NCBI GenBank assembly: GCA_965213705.1 | Contig: OZ243913.1 | Location: forward strand, 1,088,001-1,152,000 | From: Trueperaceae bacterium | GTDB lineage: Bacteria; Deinococcota; Deinococci; Deinococcales; Trueperaceae | Direction of reading: 5' to 3' | Length of the DNA stretch: 64,000 bases | Shown here: positions 60,652 to 64,000 of the stretch, in pieces | Layout: the number at the start of each line of letters is the position of its first letter | How positions within the stretch are numbered: position 1 is the first letter of the stretch | Program-made: the position numbers and the translations under genes | Notes under the pieces: model-generated | Seen by the model: the letters and a program-made list of their open reading frames with translations, nothing else | The model's database searches: none | What the model was told of the DNA's origin: nothing

Positions 60652-60726
60652 AAAGTACCGAGTACCGAGTCGAAAGTAGTGAGCAAAAAACTTTCGACCT
60701 TTTACTTTTCACTCGGTACTTTTCAC
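60652..60726. repeat. Heptamer repeat family A, copy 4 (imperfect palindrome)
   Basis: aaagtaccgagtaccgagtcgaaag ... ctttcgac ... actcggtactttt. Confidence 0.8.
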
Positions 60727-60790
60727 ACCGAGTTGTTAGACTCTGCTTTGGCAGCCTCGAGTCTGCGAGGGTTGAGCAAGGAGAAAAGCT

Positions 60791-62182
60791 ATGGTCGAAG
60801 CGCCCAGTGTGCTCGAGCTGGAAAACGAAGTCACAGGTTTGATAGAGGCGCGCAAGTTTATCGCCCTGCGGAGGCTTTTGGAAACCCTGGAGCCGCCGGA
60901 CTTGGCCGACCTCATCACCGAACTGGGCCGCGAAAACGAGGCGGTGGTGTTCCGACTCTTGCCCAAACGCCTCACCATCCCGACGTTTGAATACTTGCCG
61001 GTGGACACCCAAGAAGAACTGTTGAAGAGTCTGGGCGACAAGGACGTGGCCGCGATTTTGGACGACATGTCGCCCGACGACCGGACGGGTTTGTTAGAAG
61101 AACTCCCCGGCAAGGTCACCAAGCGACTCGTCAACCTGCTGTCCCCGACCGAGCGGCGCGTGGCGACGCAACTGCTCGGCTATCCCGAGGACAGCGTGGG
61201 CCGACTGGTCACGCCCGACTACGTGGCGGTCAAGCCGCCCTGGACCGTGCAAGAGGTCTTGGAGCACATCCGCGTGTTCGGGCGCGACAGCGAAACCCTC
61301 AACGTCGTGTACGTGGTCGGCACGGGCGGCGTGCTCATCGACGACATCGGGCTGCGCGAGGTTTTGCTGGCCTCGCCGGAAACGCTTGTGAGTGACCTTA
61401 TGGACAACCAGTTCGCCTCGCTCAGCGTTTTGGACGACCAGGAGACGGCCGTCACCGTGTTCCGCCGACTGGACCGGACCGCGCTGCCGGTGGTGGACTC
61501 CGGCGGCGTCTTGGTTGGAATCCTCACCGTAGACGACGTGCTCGACGTGGCCGAGGAAGAGGCGACCGAGGACATCCACAAGCTCGGCGGCAGCGAGGCG
61601 CTGGACGAGCCCTACCTCACCATCGGGCTGTTCAGCCTCATCCGCAAGCGTTCGGTGTGGCTCGTGCTGCTTTTTTTCGGTCAGATGCTCACCGCGACCG
61701 CGATGGGTTTTTTCGAGGACGAGCTGGCTCGAGCCCTGGTCCTGGCAATTTTCGTGCCGCTCATCATCTCTTCGGGCGGTAACACGGGTTCGCAGGCGGC
61801 GACGCTCATCATCCGCGCCATGACGCTGGGCGAGGTGCGCCTGCGCGACTGGTGGCGGGTGATGCGCCGCGAAATCCTGTCCGGTCTCATCATCGGCGGC
61901 ATGTTGGGCGTGTTGGGTTTCCTGCGCATCGGGGCGGCCGAGTGGTTGACGGGCGCGTACGGCGGGGATTGGCTCACCCTCGGGCTCACCATCGGTTTGT
62001 CGCTCGTCGGTGTGGTGCTGTGGGGGACGTTGTCGGGCTCGTTGCTGCCTTTCGCCTTAAAGCGGTTGGGGGTGGACCCGGCGACCTCGAGCGCGCCCCT
62101 CGTCTCGACCCTGGTGGACGTGACTGGGCTGGTCATCTACTTCAGCGTGGCCTCGGTGGTGCTGAAAGGAACGCTGCTGTAA
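60791..62182 (+). CDS. mgtE: Magnesium transporter
   Basis: MSPDDR, YPEDSVG, CBS pair, SSGGNTGSQ, DPATSSAPLVSTLVDVTG. Confidence 0.96.
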   Translation: MVEAPSVLELENEVTGLIEARKFIALRRLLETLEPPDLADLITELGRENEAVVFRLLPKRLTIPTFEYLPVDTQEELLKSLGDKDVAAILDDMSPDDRTGLLEELPGKVTKRLVNLLSPTERRVATQLLGYPEDSVGRLVTPDYVAVKPPWTVQEVLEHIRVFGRDSETLNVVYVVGTGGVLIDDIGLREVLLASPETLVSDLMDNQFASLSVLDDQETAVTVFRRLDRTALPVVDSGGVLVGILTVDDVLDVAEEEATEDIHKLGGSEALDEPYLTIGLFSLIRKRSVWLVLLFFGQMLTATAMGFFEDELARALVLAIFVPLIISSGGNTGSQAATLIIRAMTLGEVRLRDWWRVMRREILSGLIIGGMLGVLGFLRIGAAEWLTGAYGGDWLTLGLTIGLSLVGVVLWGTLSGSLLPFALKRLGVDPATSSAPLVSTLVDVTGLVIYFSVASVVLKGTLL

Positions 62183-62201
62183 TGTTGATTTCCCGAATAA
62201 T

Positions 62202-62462
62202 TCAGAGAATTTTCCGGTGCGCCTCGGCATAAATTCGTAGAGCGGCGTTTAGCCGTTTCGAGGTGTTGCCTTGGGCCTCAAACCAGGCCAGGACGTCGGG
62301 GTCTATCTCGGTGGCGGACACGGGTTCGGGCAACCGCACCGCAGCTCGCTCGAAGTCGTCGTCAAGCTCCGGGCTTTCCGAAGCGTCAACTGTTTCGTCC
62401 GGCATTTCATCCAGCTTGGCCCAGTCTGTTTTTGAGGACTTGTTCGTACCTGACACGTTCAC
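62202..62462 (-). CDS. BrnA family antitoxin (possibly degenerate)
   Basis: KTDWAKL, IDPDVLAWF..QG...LNAALR; start uncertain. Confidence 0.75.
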   Translation of the reverse strand: MNVSGTNKSSKTDWAKLDEMPDETVDASESPELDDDFERAAVRLPEPVSATEIDPDVLAWFEAQGNTSKRLNAALRIYAEAHRKIL

Positions 62463-62703
62463 GTTTCACCGCCTTTCGCAAAAGAATGATTCGGACTGTG
62501 TTCTCATGGGGCTCGGTAAAGACGACCACCACAACTCGTCCTCTGATGGAGCCGATAGCAACATGGCGTTCTTCTCCGTAATCATAGCGGTTATCGGGCG
62601 CAGTGAGCATGGGTGATTGAAAAACCTCAAGAGCATCTTCGAAATCCAGTTCATGCTTTTCTATATTGAGCTTGTTCTTGGCGTCGTCCCACTCGAACGT
62701 CAC
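62407..62703 (-). CDS. BrnT family toxin
   Basis: FEWDDAKN..N..KH.LDFEDA, DYGEER, RII.LRKA. Confidence 0.9.
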   Translation of the reverse strand: MTFEWDDAKNKLNIEKHELDFEDALEVFQSPMLTAPDNRYDYGEERHVAIGSIRGRVVVVVFTEPHENTVRIILLRKAVKRERVRYEQVLKNRLGQAG

Positions 62704-62946
62704 CTGCTGAGTTTAGCAGGCAGGGTGTGGCCGTCATAAACGTCCATCTCCGGCTCGTTAATCTTCAAAAGTGGACAGGGCCGCACGAAGGTCTGCCGCT
62801 CGAGCCTGGTCAATACCCTGCACCCTCAAATCAACGTCGCCGGTCATAAAGGTGACGATAACCGGCGTTTCATCCTGAACGCCTGCGGGAGGTTCTTTGA
62901 GTTCAATCCGACCGTTGCGGTAAGTTCCTTCGACACTCGTCAGCAT
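62700..62946 (-). pseudogene. Frameshifted putative antitoxin (xxSVEGTYRNGRIEL type)
   Basis: ORF stops at FED* (62758), but a shifted frame continues NEPEMDVYD; restoring two G gives FEDWNEPEMDVYD. Confidence 0.7.
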
Positions 62947-63016
62947 GGCAACCTCCGACGCTCAGTTCAACAAAACGCCAGTGCTGGAAAGGACGCTGCT
63001 GTGATGAGCTATCACG

Positions 63017-63170
63017 TCAGGTGGCCCGCTCGAGCCGTTCGGCAATCCACTGGTTCAAGCTTTTACCCTCGTGTTTGGAAACGGTGTAAACCTTGCGGTG
63101 GAGTTCGGGCGGCAAGCGGAGCGTGAGTTGGCCCAAAAAAGCTTGTCGGCTGCCTTGCTCGGCAGCGCAG
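63017..63170 (-). pseudogene. C-terminal remnant of a HicB-family antitoxin
   Basis: GQLTLRLPPELHRK...GKSLNQWI ribbon-helix-helix; N-terminus missing. Confidence 0.7.
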
Positions 63171-63339
63171 CGTCCAAGGATGGCCGCGGCTCCTGTAACA
63201 TTGTTCACTTCTCACCTCACGGTAACCAAGCTTTGCAGAAAACTTAACGACCCTTTACCCCTGCTGGTGAAAAGCTAAACCCTGACACCCGGAAGAACGT
63301 GTGACGACCACCCCGACGTGCTTTCCTGAAGGAGCTGCC

Positions 63340-64000
63340 ATGACCCACCATCCGCCCCAAAACAAAGCCAAGCGTTTCGTGCTGGCAAGCCTGAGCAAAG
63401 CGGCTCTCGCCCTTCTCATCGTCTTGCTGACCGCCGGCAGCTGTACCGAAGCGCCCGAAACGATGGGCGAGGTCGTCGCTATCTCGGCGGGAACCCACAG
63501 CCTCGCCCTGAAAAGGGACGGCACGGTCGTGTCGTGGACTAATTACGGAGAGACTGGCGTCCCCGAAGGTCTCAGCAACGTGGCAAAAATATCGGCGGGT
63601 GATGAGGTCAATCTGTTCATCTTTAGAGGAAGTGGCGCGGTCGTTGAGTTTTCTCATCACGCGGAGACCTACTCAAACATGCCAAAAAACCTCGAGGGCG
63701 TTACAGACGTTTCGACCGGTGGGCATGCCAGGCTCGCACTGAGGGTTGACGGTAAAATCGTCGCGTGGGGGCATGATAATGGGCTTAATGACGTGCCTGG
63801 CGATCTTGGTATTGTCAGTGCCATTTCGGCGGATGGGTATTACAACCTCGCCCTTCAAACGGACGGCAAAGTTCGCACTTGGAGTCATTCCTATAATCTC
63901 GTTTCAGTAATACCTAAAGACCTTGGCGAGGTAACAGCCATTTCAGCAGGCGGCGCTCATAGCCTCGCTCTGCAAAAGGACAGCACGGTTCGTGCTTGGC
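63340..64000 (+). CDS. RCC1-repeat (BLIP-II-like) putative lipoprotein, runs off the window end
   Basis: Not in the ORF track because there is no stop; RBS aaggag, hydrophobic signal ending TAGSC, repeats AISAGxxHSLALxxDGxVxxW. Confidence 0.85.
   Translation, partial: MTHHPPQNKAKRFVLASLSKAALALLIVLLTAGSCTEAPETMGEVVAISAGTHSLALKRDGTVVSWTNYGETGVPEGLSNVAKISAGDEVNLFIFRGSGAVVEFSHHAETYSNMPKNLEGVTDVSTGGHARLALRVDGKIVAWGHDNGLNDVPGDLGIVSAISADGYYNLALQTDGKVRTWSHSYNLVSVIPKDLGEVTAISAGGAHSLALQKDSTVRAW

Noticed and set aside
60602..60790. M-box riboswitch upstream of mgtE
   Set aside because: The interval is occupied by repeat family A and shows no M-box consensus

Overview
High-GC chromosomal window, most likely from a Deinococcota bacterium close to Truepera. 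This is inferred from the gene set, the roadblock-protein/tsaE linkage and the many leaderless genes. The housekeeping backbone comprises proline catabolism, a Liv-type ABC transporter, gpmI, recF-dciA, purU, dnaG, tsaB/tsaE, moaD/E, hrcA and mgtE. It is interrupted by five notable blocks. (i) An acyl-CoA cluster resembling the Lva / ACAD10-11 4-hydroxyacyl-CoA route. (ii) An uncharacterised 10-kb catabolic island with four SnoaL/ester-cyclase-family proteins, a sugar-type ABC transporter, a non-canonical HisD/HpsN-like dehydrogenase and an SDR. (iii) A single-chain nuclease-MTase-TRD restriction-modification gene with a low-GC specificity segment and a duplicated 3' end enclosing a vapBC module. 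(iv) An orphan m6A methyltransferase. (v) Four patches of intact and decaying toxin-antitoxin genes. Window-wide signals are strong over-representation of the palindrome CTCGAG (HIP1-like), near absence of GATC, two families of heptamer-based intergenic repeats, and MITE-like inverted-repeat elements. No rRNA, tRNA, CRISPR array, integrase or transposase was recognised. Functional calls rest on motif recognition by eye; no searches were run.
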